Positions 1 through 12,264 of a stretch of 64,000 nt of DNA are shown here, in pieces. Under the pieces are notes generated by a model. That model worked only from the letters and a program-made list of their open reading frames with translations. It searched no databases and was not told the origin of the DNA. Both the position numbers and the translations under genes were made by a program. The DNA is from Raillietiella orientalis (Eukaryota), in NCBI GenBank assembly GCA_036172245.1, contig JAYWIR010000037.1, positions 1,364,001 through 1,428,000 of the forward strand, given 5' to 3'. Position 1 is the first letter of the stretch; every line of letters starts with the position of its first letter.

Positions 1-975
1 ACCCCTCGGGTCCAGTGAGACCGGCGGGCGTTGCTCAGGAGACCCCAGTGCAACAGTAGAAGTGCCGATTCCTGCCACTTCAAGAGGAGGACCCGGTTGT
101 TCTTGAGCTCTGGAGGACACTCAAGGTCATCCTGTGAGATTTCCAGCAGCACATCCCAGCTCAATAGCTTTTGTCCTCTGAAGGAAAGGCTGGTAAGCGC
201 GTCGAGCCAGCCAGAGCACAGAAAGGTCGTTAAAGAGGCTGTGAAGCCCATGCATTCCAGAAGCTCCACATGAAGCTCACGATCGACGCAGTTGAATGCT
301 TTGGGCAAGTCGACTGCGACCGCACTCCCTCACGACCTTTCCATCCACCACCGGTGGTCTCCCTAGAATTCGGGGTGCCGACCGTATTCATTTACTTTAC
401 TACTCTGTAACTGAAACCAGATGTTCGCGAGGAACATGCTGGAATCCATACTTCTCCCGGGAACAGCCTAAGTCTGTTTCGGGCTGATCACGGACTCTGC
501 AACCGTCCTAATCGCTCCGACCACAGTTTCGCCACTAACTTGGCGACCGAGTTCAACACGGTTATCGGACACCAGTTGCTGAAGTTCATTAGGTCTCCTC
601 CCTTTGGGAGGAGATGCATTCATGCTCATCGTAAGGAGGTGGGAACATCGCCTCTCTTCCGAATCAGCAGCGTTGAGCGCTGCACCAGGAGGAGCAGCTC
701 CTACGCGAAGCATTAAAATGCTCTACGGGCAGCCCTCCCCTAGCGCCTTCAGCTTCCTGAGCTTCCCGATTGAGGTGATGATTTCACCCATCGTGAAAGG
801 CTCGTCAAGACATGCTCTCTCCTCCCCTCCGATCTCTGGAGAACCTTCCGGATGCAAGAACTGAGAGATACCCCGCTCCGAAGGTGCCCCAGCGCACAGA
901 AGGAATAAAAACTGCTCAATAGGCGCTTATCGCCACCGGAACAGCGACCTTCCTGCAATATGGTGAGTATCCTGC
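1..975 (-). mobile_element. L1/Tx1-clade non-LTR retrotransposon ORF2 fragment (pre-RT linker and N-terminal RT), degenerate, runs off the left edge
   Basis: Minus-strand translation across frameshifts gives LSSFYSF, EERACLDEPFTMGEIITSIGKLRKLKALG..GLPVE, PKGGDLMNFSNWCPITVLNSVAKLVAK and AVAVDLPKAFNCVDRE..LECMGF. These match the L1/Tx1 motifs FYxxLY, KxPGxDGLPxE, PKxGDxxxxxNWRPIxLLN and DxxKAFDxV in the expected order. Confidence 0.85.
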
Positions 976-984
976 CGTATCCAT

Positions 985-1812
985 GGAAGGAAAAAGGTTT
1001 TATGCTCGTGGACAACTAGACAGCTATTGGACGCTGCTACCCCGAATGTTCCACCGAAAGGAGTTCTGTGTTGGGACGAGCTGCTCACGATACCTTAGGA
1101 GGAGGTGAAGTAGCTCACATCGTGTTGGGACATTAGCATTCTCCTCCTCAAGTGGCAGGAGGTGGCGTTGCTAGTGTTGCATAGGGGAATCTCATGCAAA
1201 GCACGCCTCCATCATTGGACACAGGGTAGTGTGGATGCCCGTTGTGAAAGGTAAGGCAGCTAAGAGACATTGCCACATCTTCTGCTGAACTATGCCGCCC
1301 TCCGATCCCTCTGGGATAGTCTGTCGACGATCCTAGATATTCCTGAAGACGGCCCCAGGGATGTTTTTAAGCGCCTCTTCGTCCGTTCCCACCTTCCGCG
1401 TCCCCAGCAGTTCTCTGCTGCAATCGCGGAATCACGGCGGTCTGGAACGCGACCAGAAGAGGCCAGAATGGCAGATGCCATCCACTGCGCACAGATTTTT
1501 TTGAAGACCTCATTTAGATGGTCTCACGTGGGCAACGTAAGAACACGACTTGTTTGCGTCCTAGAAAGGACATAGGAAAAGTCTCTCATGATGCAGTGAT
1601 CCCTTCCCCGCCCTCCCCTCATCAGGAAACATGTCTCTTCCCTGTTCTAACGTATTTTTGTTTTTTTTTGTTTGTGGCTTTTCCTTCCCCTTCGCCGCGG
1701 AAAGGCACCTCGCCGGTCTCCAGATAGGTGGCCGACGAGTTACAAGGACGTGCTGAACCAAGTGGTTCACCACAGGAACATTTAATTGTATTTGTATTAT
1801 TATTATAATAAA
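985..1812 (+). mobile_element. L1/Tx1-clade ORF2 C-terminus (zf-RVT zinc knuckle) plus 3' UTR, degenerate
   Basis: Plus frame reads WDISILLLKWQEVALLVLHRGISCKARLHHW..DARCER*GS*ETLPHLLLNYAALRSLW, matching the zf-RVT pattern W..K....LH....RL....CxxC..ETxxHLLxxC..W with stops. Followed by a T-rich UTR-like tract and (TAT)n/AATAAA at about 1795-1812. Confidence 0.8.
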
Positions 1813-2001
1813 TTCCCGGGAAAATTCTAGCGATAACCTTCCTCCAGGACCGAGCGCTCCTGACAGTCGTCCAGCAGGCTGGACGACCCGGATTATCAAG
1901 CTTGCCGCGTGGCTCCGGCTCTGTACTCTGCTAGTCGGCGGATGATCGGTGTTCGGATGTAAGCAGCTTGGTTTATCACCCGGTCACGTCGGGAATTTTA
2001 T
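1808..2001. repeat. Possible short MITE-like segment with imperfect terminal inverted repeats and an internal hairpin
   Basis: Left end ATAAATTCCCG...GCGATAACC; right end reverse-complements to ATAAAATTCCCG...GTGATAAACC. Internal 10-bp stem GTCGTCCAGC-AG-GCTGGACGAC at 1866-1887. Confidence 0.25.
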
Positions 2002-2143
2002 CATAAAAAATGAACATACATGTGTAGGGCCATCTGCCCTACATTGTCCGAAACAGCTTGCTGTACTCCCCGAAGAACTCGTGGTCCTTCCCCTGTGTAT
2101 GGACACCTCCGTGTTCCCGCTCCAGTGAAAAGATGTTCTGCTG

Positions 2144-2410
2144 TTATTTCACCGGAAATTCCATTGCAATTAGTGCAGACACGGTTTCCGGGGGTTTGTC
2201 TTCCCGAGCTGCTTGAAGTGCGGGGCGATGGAATGGCTTCCACACCTCCTGCTGGACTGCGGTTCCCTGCGGCAGAGGCTTGAGGCGGACACTATCGATG
2301 GCTCTCCGACAACCCCAGGACACTGCATGGCACTTGCTGCAGCGTTTCTTCACCCGAGGCAAACTGAAGAAGAATGCTGTGATCGCAACAGTCTGTTGCA
2401 TCCGCGCCAC
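2144..2410 (-). pseudogene. Possible degenerate MYND-type zinc-finger relic in a GC-rich island
   Basis: KRCSKCHAVSW...QQEVWKPFHRP resembles MYND segments RCxxC and QxxxWxxH. Several ligand cysteines are missing. Confidence 0.25.
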
Positions 2411-5400
2411 AGTAACAGTCCGTCACGTGTTCCGCCATGGAGTCAAGTTCGCAGCGAATAGAGGTCACCAGCATGGCCGCAGTCCTCATGAGGACAGAGC
2501 AAGGTAGCCAGAAGTCTCCTGAGAGATCGCCACCGTCCAGAGCTGCTTCTCGAAGGAAAAAAACGTCTTTAACCAAAAACTCTTGTTCCGTCCTTCCGTT
2601 CTTTTTTTTTATTGTCCCCTCCCTCCGTTCCCTACTTTCTTTGGAAGCCAGGCCTGCCTGCCTCTGGTTGACCCAAATAAACTTTTTTTTGGAGGAAGGG
2701 GCATTTTTTGTTTTCGTGGGGCACCCCGAACCCCTTGTTTATTCCCCTGTGACTTGTAGTTCTTTTTTTTTTTTCCAGATAAATGTCCCGGCGTAGACGG
2801 CGTACACTCGGTGTTTGAAAGCAAAACGCAAAGTGGATGGCAGAACGAGAACAGCTAAGAGTCAGACAGTCTCAGCTGTGGAAAATGAGAATTCAAACTG
2901 AAAATTCGAGAATTCGATGAGCAGCACACGAGCTGGATGGCAGATATAGTCTACTGAAACGTAAGCACATACGATGTGTTGAGGCACATTCGAGGTGCAT
3001 TGCTTTTGAAAGCATAGCTGTGATAAGAAAATGTTCGTTTCGTGATGGTAAACATTGAATGGAATCAGGAAGTTGGAAGGTTGTCAGTTTGTTTTGCAAA
3101 TCTGCATCGCTGTGAAGAAGACAGGGAGCTGCAAACACGTCAGAGAATGAGGGCTTCTGTATCACCTTCTCAACCAAAGGCTTTTTTATATCTTTCAAAC
3201 ATTTCTTCATTATCCTTTATGATTTCCAATAGATAACTCTGTTGATGAAAAATGGAGTTGGATTCCAAAAAAGGAAATTTGTGCCTTCTCAAATGTTATT
3301 ATCTTATCCCTTTTTGACAATGCTTACAAACGAGGGAAAGGAGTACCATTCAAAAGCATGTATGCTCCAGAAGTCAAGGACAGGTCGGAACTCCATGGAA
3401 ATGCATAAAATTCATTTGAAACTTACCTTCTCTCTGTTTTAGCCCTTCAGCAATTGTATCCACTTAATTCAAAGATAAGTTTCCAAATACTTCCGGATAC
3501 CAAAGGCTTACTGAAGCGCTTTCCTAACATTGAGTCAAGGAAAGCCTTCTGTTTTAAAAAGATACCAATTTTTTAGCTAAGAATCATTTCGTTTAGCCTC
3601 TCACTAGGGAGACAAGGTCCCCAAATTCAAGAGCACAGAAATGTGCACAAACGTAAAAACGTGCCCTTTTCCATTTACATTTCATTTTGCAAGTGATGTA
3701 TTCTAAAATTTCCTCTTGGATTCGACAAGTTTAGCCTGCAGCTACAACTTACACAACACTGGGCTGTGTATAAAGATATTGAACCCCACTGCTTAGATGC
3801 CAATTATTAATGACGAAGTCGAGGAGCCATCTTCCTCGATTTGCTACCAAATTGCACAAACAAAACCTTCTTCAAAGCGAAAATTATGGATCGTTGCACA
3901 AACCCACAAGGAAGCCCACTGCAGGCAAGGAAGGAGATATTCTGGATTCGTATTTCACACTGTGACCCACCATTACTGAACTCCCATTCATCTTCGGCAA
4001 AATCATAGAGAGATCGATTAATCTGTAGTTAATCAAGATGAAACCGTGAGAACTACCGTTTTACAGAACCTACAATTCCATCGCTTTTCAGCTGCGAAGT
4101 AAAGGTTTTGTCCCCTATTAGGAAGAAACGTCCCTCATACCGATCTTCATCGATACGCTCTGATGGGGGTGCACAGTGCTGAGCGAGATTCCCTCACAAA
4201 AAACCCATTGCCTCTTATCTGATTCCTTCGCTTAAGAGGTACCAATTAAGAATTGCACCTTAATTTGATTCGATTTGAAAACAGTCAATCTATACTTAAG
4301 GGATGCTTGTTTCCCCAGAGCGCATAAGACAAGTGGCTCGTGTATTGTATAATAATCAACACTCCTATTTAGTACGATGCGGTCTGTAACAAAGTCTGAA
4401 TATGATCCCATTACAAGCTACAAGGCTTTCCACAGTAATTATTCATTTATTTGGTTTCTCCTGTGAGCTTTACATGTGCTGCTTGTGATTTTCATTGGAA
4501 GTTCACTGTGTCCACTATCACTCTTCATGGAAAGTCGGCGCTTCGGAATGCCGAAGATATGTGTTGCCGGAGAACAGAATGTGTTGGCCAAAGACTAAGC
4601 TCGCTCGAATAATCAATGCGGTTGTCTTTTTGTTTGATCGGGAAACCAAGGGAAAATTCCTGAATTTTGTGGAATTTAGATTCCGCAAAGATTCGGATAA
4701 TTCGGTAGATGGATGGAATCTCACCAGACTATCAGTGTACAAATTTATCAACTTTATTGCTCTTTGTCTTATAATCGTTCCTGTTACATGAAGCAGCAAC
4801 GAATCTTGCATCTCAGAATAGTTGGTGAACTAGAGAAAAGGGGAAGGTTTCTGAGGAACAGCTCGTACTTTCAATAGAACGCATTTACTTATTCTGATGG
4901 CGCGCCGAATATCACAGTGGTCGCTCAAGAGCCACGGTAGTGTTGTCTGAAGAGAATTCTCCGTTGAATCTCCTATGGCTTCCCTTCTGGGGATCTTGAG
5001 TTTCGAAACAAATGTTCTTTGCGCAACACTTGGTGTTCTGAAATCGAAACTTATCCTGCCCTTTTACAAATGCAGGGAGAATAGGAAAAAAAAATCATAG
5101 CAAGCTAATTGAATCCGGATCGATTTTTTGGAGCAACTTTTTCTATAGGCCCCACTGTATAATGACAGAACGAAAAGAATGTCCAAGGCCCTTCGAAATG
5201 ATTCCAACATTTTCCAAATCGTTGAAACTGCATGGTACTGCAACTGAGAGAAGCTGCAAAAATCTCACTGCGGAGCTCCAGCATAAAGAGTGACAGTTTC
5301 GTTTTCCTTGACAAAGGGGCACTGACAACGGTGAGCGCCGCCATCTTTTATCTTAGGAAACCCAGGGAAGTACCAAAACCCACATTCAAGTCAATGGAGG

Positions 5401-8400
5401 ACTCGCGTTGAAAACAAAAACAAAAAAAAAATGGGGAACGCGGGGTCACAGTGGGGAGACAAGTTTTACACACTCTGACAAGAACACATACACGTTACTG
5501 CCATAGGGAATACTTTGCTCCTGCTCGTTCCCTGCAGCAGTGTTCATGCAAAATCCAACAGCGCTCAAATAAAAAAGCGTTCTCTTTGTGTATATCAGTG
5601 TATATCTCATTAACGACAGACAAAATTCACAGCGTGGAATGGAAGTGTGCTGCAAAGAAAAAACAAAGTGGTAGAAAAAAAAATCAGTCGGCGTTTCAAA
5701 ATTCATTTCGAGTTTTTGGTGCGTGAAGGAATTAAAATAAGTTCCATTCAATTTGCTTTTTTAGCTGGATCAACAATTTTCCTCTACATCCACGTGGATT
5801 TTGCAAAATCTGCCAACAGTTTTTTATTCGGACAATTAGTTGAAGCGGAAAAAATGCCATCAGGAGGATACATGAACAAGAAGACCTCGAAAAAAGAATT
5901 TTGTCAGCATCCCTGCAACAAAAGGAAAGGAATTTTCTTCAGTAAAATTTTCGAATTTGCTTTCAGCCTCAGCGAAGTGGAGAACGATCGAATCCCACAC
6001 GTCCTTCACGGAATCTGCTCAAAGAGGAAGAAGACATTTCTCTTTTGAAACCACCAGTGAAACCAATTTTCCGTGCCTGAGATGAAGCACAGTGCTCGCC
6101 TGTGGACATTTCACGTCTTTGAGGCAAAACTGATTTTCAAAAAAACAATCGAAGATGACTGAGCCTCCCTCTGTGATATTTAGGATATTTTAGAGCGGAG
6201 ATCTCTTGTCCTCTCTTCCCACTGTCCATTTCACAGCAGCTGAAACCGTCATTTGATTGAATGTCAACCTCCGATTCGTCCTTTTGAAAAGAGAAAAGGT
6301 TTGGATGAATTCCGTTAGCGTGAGATGGATCGAATGAGGATGCTGTTTTGGACTCTTAAGCTCAGCATGAGATTTATTCCGATTTTCACAACTTTAGCAG
6401 ACAATATTCATCGAAGTTCGTTAAAGTTGTGGAAATGTATGCTTTGAACAGGATGGATTCGTAGAAATTCGAAAACATGGATCATTTCGATACAATTGAG
6501 CATTTCGGAGCGGGCCCCAGGATGATCAGTTGCTAATCTCAGTGCAAATGCAAACTTCTTTTCCTTAAAGTGAGAAACCAAATCAAAGCCAAAATCTTCG
6601 AAGGCTCTTTCAGCTGCTCCACCCCGAGATGCCGTTGCTATCAGTGGTGATGCAATGATGTCTGCGGAACGTTCAAAATACAATGCCTCCGACATTGGCA
6701 AGAACACTTTGGGTTCGAGCTTTTAGGTTCACCTCTTCATGGGGATCAGCGGCTGCAAGCACTACTGAGTGGACTGTGAGAATAAAAGGCACTTCTCACA
6801 GAGAAGGCGCATTGTAGATTAAATTACTCAAATTGAAGGGAAAAAAAACAGCCGAGAGCACTGCCACAGTTTCTCGCATTCGTTTGCATCCGTTGAATTC
6901 TTCATGGATGATCAGGGGCGAGGATGGGAAATGAAATCAAGACTGGAATGCCTCCTGCTTCGCCTTCATAGTTACTAAGGCAGTTTTAGTAACGCATGCT
7001 ATTTAAATTATAGTCTCATTTCTGCTTGGTACTTGTCGCAGAGAAGCGGTAGATGTCAGAGAAAGGAAACGAAAGGGCCCTTCAAAATGGAACTGTCGTG
7101 GTGCACACGTGTACGGCAAAACACTTGCATGTTGCACAGAACATTCTACCATAGTTCCAACACATAACGAAGTACACTGAATAAGCAGCACCTGAAAATT
7201 TCGTACTTCTAAAATCAGCTTCGCTTATTTGTAGAGTCCCATTTCAGGACACGTAGGGAAAAATGAAACTAGACCCGTATGTGAAAACTCCGTGTTCTCA
7301 AGAGAGTACATTAGCTTCAAAATTCCTGGAAAGCTCCTGTGATCTGAAGAATTTATCTGAAGCACCGCGGTGTGGTTTTCTCATCTTGTGCATGCTTTGT
7401 GCAACAGATCCTTCCTGTTCGACGTCATTCCCTCCTTTTGGGATCGTTTGGTCCGGTAAACTGCTGAGCTTTCTTTCCAGCAAAAGGTGAAATTTTCAGG
7501 AAAACATCCATATGTCGGATAGGCTTCTCTCAACGAAAGCACGGAGGAGGGAAATGTTCGTTTGATAAGCCTGAAGGGATCAATTTACGAATCATGAGAT
7601 AATGATCTGGTTCGTTCAAATAAAGAGGGAAAGAATGAATAGGAAAATCGTCAAGGTTCAAAAGACGTAACTCGGCAGCCAAGTTTGAGAAATGGGTGGA
7701 TGAGGACGGAAACCAAGGTCTCCTAGTGGAAAAAGTTCTCGCGATTGTTCTTCTGCCATGGAAGTCCCAGATGTGTTTATCATGCATAACTGAAGTAAAC
7801 TCATCTACGTGCAATATTTATTATTAATACTCCTTTGAAAATTTGCTCAGTAGGTTGATGTCTTGAAGATCGATCAACGTACCTTAGGAAAACACAGCAG
7901 CACTATTTTGAATGTTTTCGATTCTACAATATTTATTTAATTGCGCAATCATCTATTCACCTATGTACGTACATCTCTGACAGATGATGCCGGGGATATC
8001 GGAAATTCATATGCATGAGAAAATTTCCATTTTGAATGATTCCGTTCGGAAGCGATGATCTAGAGAAGCTTTGGAAAGTTGGCTGCAGTGGAAGGAAAAG
8101 TTTCCTATACCTTTCACTTTTGCATCCACCAGCAAACACTTCTTCACCACTTACCGATATCGTGTGAGGGTTTTAAACAAAAGAGTCAACTCTTGGGTCC
8201 TCGTTGCCCGCAGTGCCAACGATTAATAATCCCGAATAGAAGCGCACTGTCATTATGCGAAGCTTATGTACACAAAGATGAATGACGTACAAAGAGCGCA
8301 TTATATGAGGAAACTAACTGAGCGCACAACTGCCATCAATAACAGACGCAAAGATGAAACCAAAGAAGCTGCCATGGGTCGGTCAAGAATTTTCAGTTCT

Positions 8401-10339
8401 CTGGTACACCAAGGCTTGCAAAGAACAGTTTGCACATTCTCTCCTTTCTTGCACGGTGACCTCAACAAAGGCATGCTTGAAAGAAAGGAGTTGCCAATCC
8501 TCACTTGGTCTCTGAGCATCGGGTGCGTACCTTTCTGCTGACCAGAACAACCAACCACACAAAAATACTGGGCACGTAGTCGAAAGGCCAGTGAGAGCTC
8601 ATGTTCTTTGGATTGCTCTTCAGTGCTTGAGGATGAAATGAAACTTGGCATGCATGTTTCAGCTAAACCAGCTGCTGATGCCAGGAGCCCAGGTGCTCCC
8701 GTGAATAAAAAGATGCGATCAAGGCACTTTTCGTGTAGTTGAGGAAAGAATTTAGTGATCGTCTGTAATGGAACACAAGAAAGAGGAAACTAGGATTTTA
8801 TAGAGCTGTACGATGAGATCATGGTATGCATCTTAGGTTACTCTGAATCAAAGTCTGAACAGATTTCCACACGAAAGAAGAGCATAAAAACTATTTTATC
8901 ATCACGTGGGTCCCAGGAATGCAATCCATCCGATGTGCAACCCACTGACTTTGTCACAAACGCGGGGAACGTGCTGAAACGCAACCAGTTTTGTTCGTGT
9001 CTCCGCAGATCTGTGAAGGTGTCATCCGTGGTCATCATGGACCGAAACGTGAATTCCGATCGACAACCCGCTTCCATGAAAGCTTTGAAGGAGCTACCAA
9101 ATCGGGGAGCTTTTCCAGCTTGCCTTTCTTCTGCACTAATCATCTGCTTTTAATAAATTCATGGCACTACACGGAATCACCCGAAACGGTGTGAGGAATC
9201 AAGCCCACGGAAACACTTAATCCCAAAAAGCAATAAATCACAAGACTGGATTCCCGCAGTCACCATGTTGTCATATAGATTTCCAAACGGAAAAGTCTTT
9301 TACATGGAGATTGGCTTTAAAAAATCCTATGTGACAAAACAATTATGGAAAACACGGGATTTCCTTTAATTTCCACTGGGACTGACGAATAAACTTGACC
9401 AGAAATTCAGACATTTTTATTAGCCCTCGGAAAAGAGGAAATCTGCGCAGAACGAACGGAGTATATGAAACGAAAATGGAAGCATTCCGCAGTTAGTGTA
9501 ACATGGGTATTCCTGTCGCTATGGTGTGGAGGCTGCGAAAACGGACGAAAGCGCGAAGGACTAAAGGATAAGGTAGGAAGTCCGCGTTGGAAATTACCGG
9601 AGTTGAGAAAGTACCAATTCGTTCTTTCGATTTCGTGCTTCGCTTGCCCGCTCGTTACAGAATCCCTCTTCTGCTGTCTGATTTTCGGATGGGACTAAGT
9701 AGCATATGGCGACGAGAAATTTTCACTCACCTCCTTTCGATCTCAGAGAATCGGATGGAAACGAAACTATGGAGCCATCGCCGATACAGGCTCAACGTAC
9801 AGAATGAGATTCCTTAAAGTTTGCACATAAATCGCTCAAAGCACTCACTGGTCCAGAGCAAGCCCATTGGTACCAAATCAACTATTGCCTATCTGTCATA
9901 CGGGAGTTCCTCATCGCGTAATTACTGATTCCGGTATGAAACAGCATAGGTGCCTGTGAGTTCTTGGCAAGCAAGGCGGTCGAGGAGCACAGAAATAACG
10001 TATGCATCTTATCGGTTTCTCAAGCTAATATTATCGTAAATAAAAAAAAAAATGGCGGTCAGCTCTTTCCTGCAGGCGGCCCCTCCCTGATTTTCGCTTC
10101 CTATTCTCAAGTTCCAGGTAAAGAAGGTAGTTGGGAATTTCCATTGAAAACAGCGTGCGGAGTTCTCATCAGTAGCAATGTAGGAAAACCCAAATAATAG
10201 CACGCATCAAGGAAAATGGACGTGCACATATGTACTTGCATTTTTATAAAGGTATTAAGGTACACACAGATGCACATATCGGTGCAGGTGCCCTATGTTT
10301 CTTCTGTATCTGTCGCTAGAACCTTGTGAGCAGCGAAAT

Positions 10340-10720
10340 GAGGAAAGGGTTGATCGTTTGTATATTCCTGCTATCGCATGTTTACAATCAGTCAGTATAT
10401 GAGTCTTAATTTGGGTCCACAATGAGCTTTCGCCTCGGAGCACATTCGGAACGACCACTACGAGTCTCTGTTCTGAAAGAATTGTTTGGGCTTCTGAAAA
10501 AAGTTTGATCCGAATTGATGAAGTCATCAAAAATTTGGTGGCTTCATCGGTCGTAACTCCAGGGCGTGCTGGAAATTTTACATCAGGTGAGAATGATTTT
10601 CGCCGTGCTGAACTTCCCTTCTGGTGTTTTGAAGTCTGAAGTTTCGTTCGGTTTTTTCTCCCAAATGAAAGTTTCTGCTGGAAGCACGGAATACACATGT
10701 TTTTGCTAAATCTCTCCTTT
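10340..10720 (-). mobile_element. Ty3/Gypsy-like integrase relic
   Basis: ORF 10255-10734 contains in order CIPCFQQK (HHCC CxxC), SFSPDVKFPARP, TTDEATKFL..LFSEAQTILSEQ (cf. TAxxVAxFL..FGxPxxIxSDQG) and IKTHILTDCKHAIAGIYKRSTL (cf. IxHxxTxxYHPxxNGxxERxNxTL). Catalytic residues are decayed. Confidence 0.5.
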
Positions 10721-12029
10721 TGCTTTCCCCTCATCGCTGTGCCTAGTTGACCTTACGTAGGTATGGGGACAGAGCCATGTGACACAAATTACTGGCTTCG
10801 ACAACTTGTCTGATTATCCCAACAGCAAATGAGTCAAGTAATCTGGAAGCACTAACACTATCGTAGTGGGGTTTTTACCCTCATCTTGTCAGTGAGAATG
10901 ACTTAAAACGAAAGGCGCTTTTTCGTATAATCGTGTTTGTTCACCTCAGTGATCATAATTGTCGCATTTTCATTCATAGCTTTTGAGATCAAAGGAACTG
11001 GGAAACTGCAGTCCCTTTCTGGGAACATTTCTTCAAAGAGATGAGGGCATTAATAAGAAATGAAGGTCTCAATTTTGGTCAAGTAAGGTCCGTTATGATA
11101 AAAGTTTCATGAAGTTTTTGATGTACGATGCCAGCAAACCCATAAATTATCATCTTGCAATTCTCAAGGCAATTCACGGAATTCTGAAAATTTAGAGCTA
11201 TTATTATTACTGGAGTATTCTATGTGAGTGATTCAAAACACGTGAAAAGCAGACTGGTCCAACTGTAAATAGTAACATTGCTTGCAATTTCTGAGTTTTA
11301 GAAAAAAGTGGAATGTAAAGTGGAAATCATTTAAATTAAATACAATTATTAATCATCTATAATGGAAAACTGCAACAACTAATAATTGCAAATACTATTC
11401 GGCGAGTGGAAAGCAATATTCAAGGGCTTTACACTGCTACCCTAAAACACAATTAAAGGTTGAAACTAAAAGTCATGGAAAAGAATCATTTTTCAAAGGT
11501 GACAAACAATTTTTCAAAATGAGTAATGCATCATCAATCAGGAATTCCTACGCGGTTCCGAATCCCAAATGACACAATTACGAGAGGCTCTAATTGAAAT
11601 ACTTTATAATGTAAGATTGGTGAGTCGGATCTCAAGTTTGATCTGAAGTCAGGCAGCGGAGGAAATGAAAGTTTCTGACCAGGGAAACCACCACTAGCTT
11701 AGAGGAGAGCATTTACGGAAAAGGTCCATGGCAAGGACGCTTTGGGTGCTGCAAATCAGATATCCGCTTCAAGGTGTGCAGCAACTCAATTATAAAGGGG
11801 GATGTTGGTTTCCGAATTCTTGAAATGCTTCCTCCTGTTCGCAGTTCGTTTGGTTTCACGGCTGGCCCATTTCAATCGTGGACCACCACGCCTCGAAACG
11901 TAACCTGAGTCTTTTGTAACCACCGTCAACACGTCAAAGTTCGCGTCAACACGAGGCTGGAAATCTCGTTATTGGGAAAGGCACAAACTCCTTCTGATGC
12001 AGAATCCGCACTTTTAATTCTCGGTCGAT

Positions 12030-12264
12030 TGATATCGGAGGGACGGCTCCCTTTGCCGGTTTCATTTTTTGCTGGATCTCGTACCAGAGCTCCGATCCCG
12101 AACGCCAGCGACTCCTGTGGTCGAAACAGCGGTTGCGCTTGCTGTTTCTGCACATCACGGCTGATTGTTTCCATGTGGAAACGGACTTTCACCTCAGCTC
12201 CGTTTCCACGATAATTCTCATTCCCTCTCTTTGGTCATCCGGAAATCCTACACTTGGGAGTCAT
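12030..12264 (-). pseudogene. Degenerate THAP zinc-finger domain (P-element/THAP-type relic)
   Basis: ATG at 12264 gives MTPKCRISG*PKRGNENYRGNGAEVKVRFH (C-x4-C with the second C read as TGA, then FH). A frameshifted downstream segment gives CFDH...KMKPAKGAVPPI, resembling the THAP AVPTIF box. Confidence 0.5.

Noticed and set aside
8825..9012. Minus-strand peptide DLRRHEQNWLRFSTFP...DKIVFMLFFRVEI faintly resembling a BIR (IAP) domain
   Set aside because: The zinc-binding CxxC and conserved Trp/Gly are absent and there are no supporting exons; likely chance.
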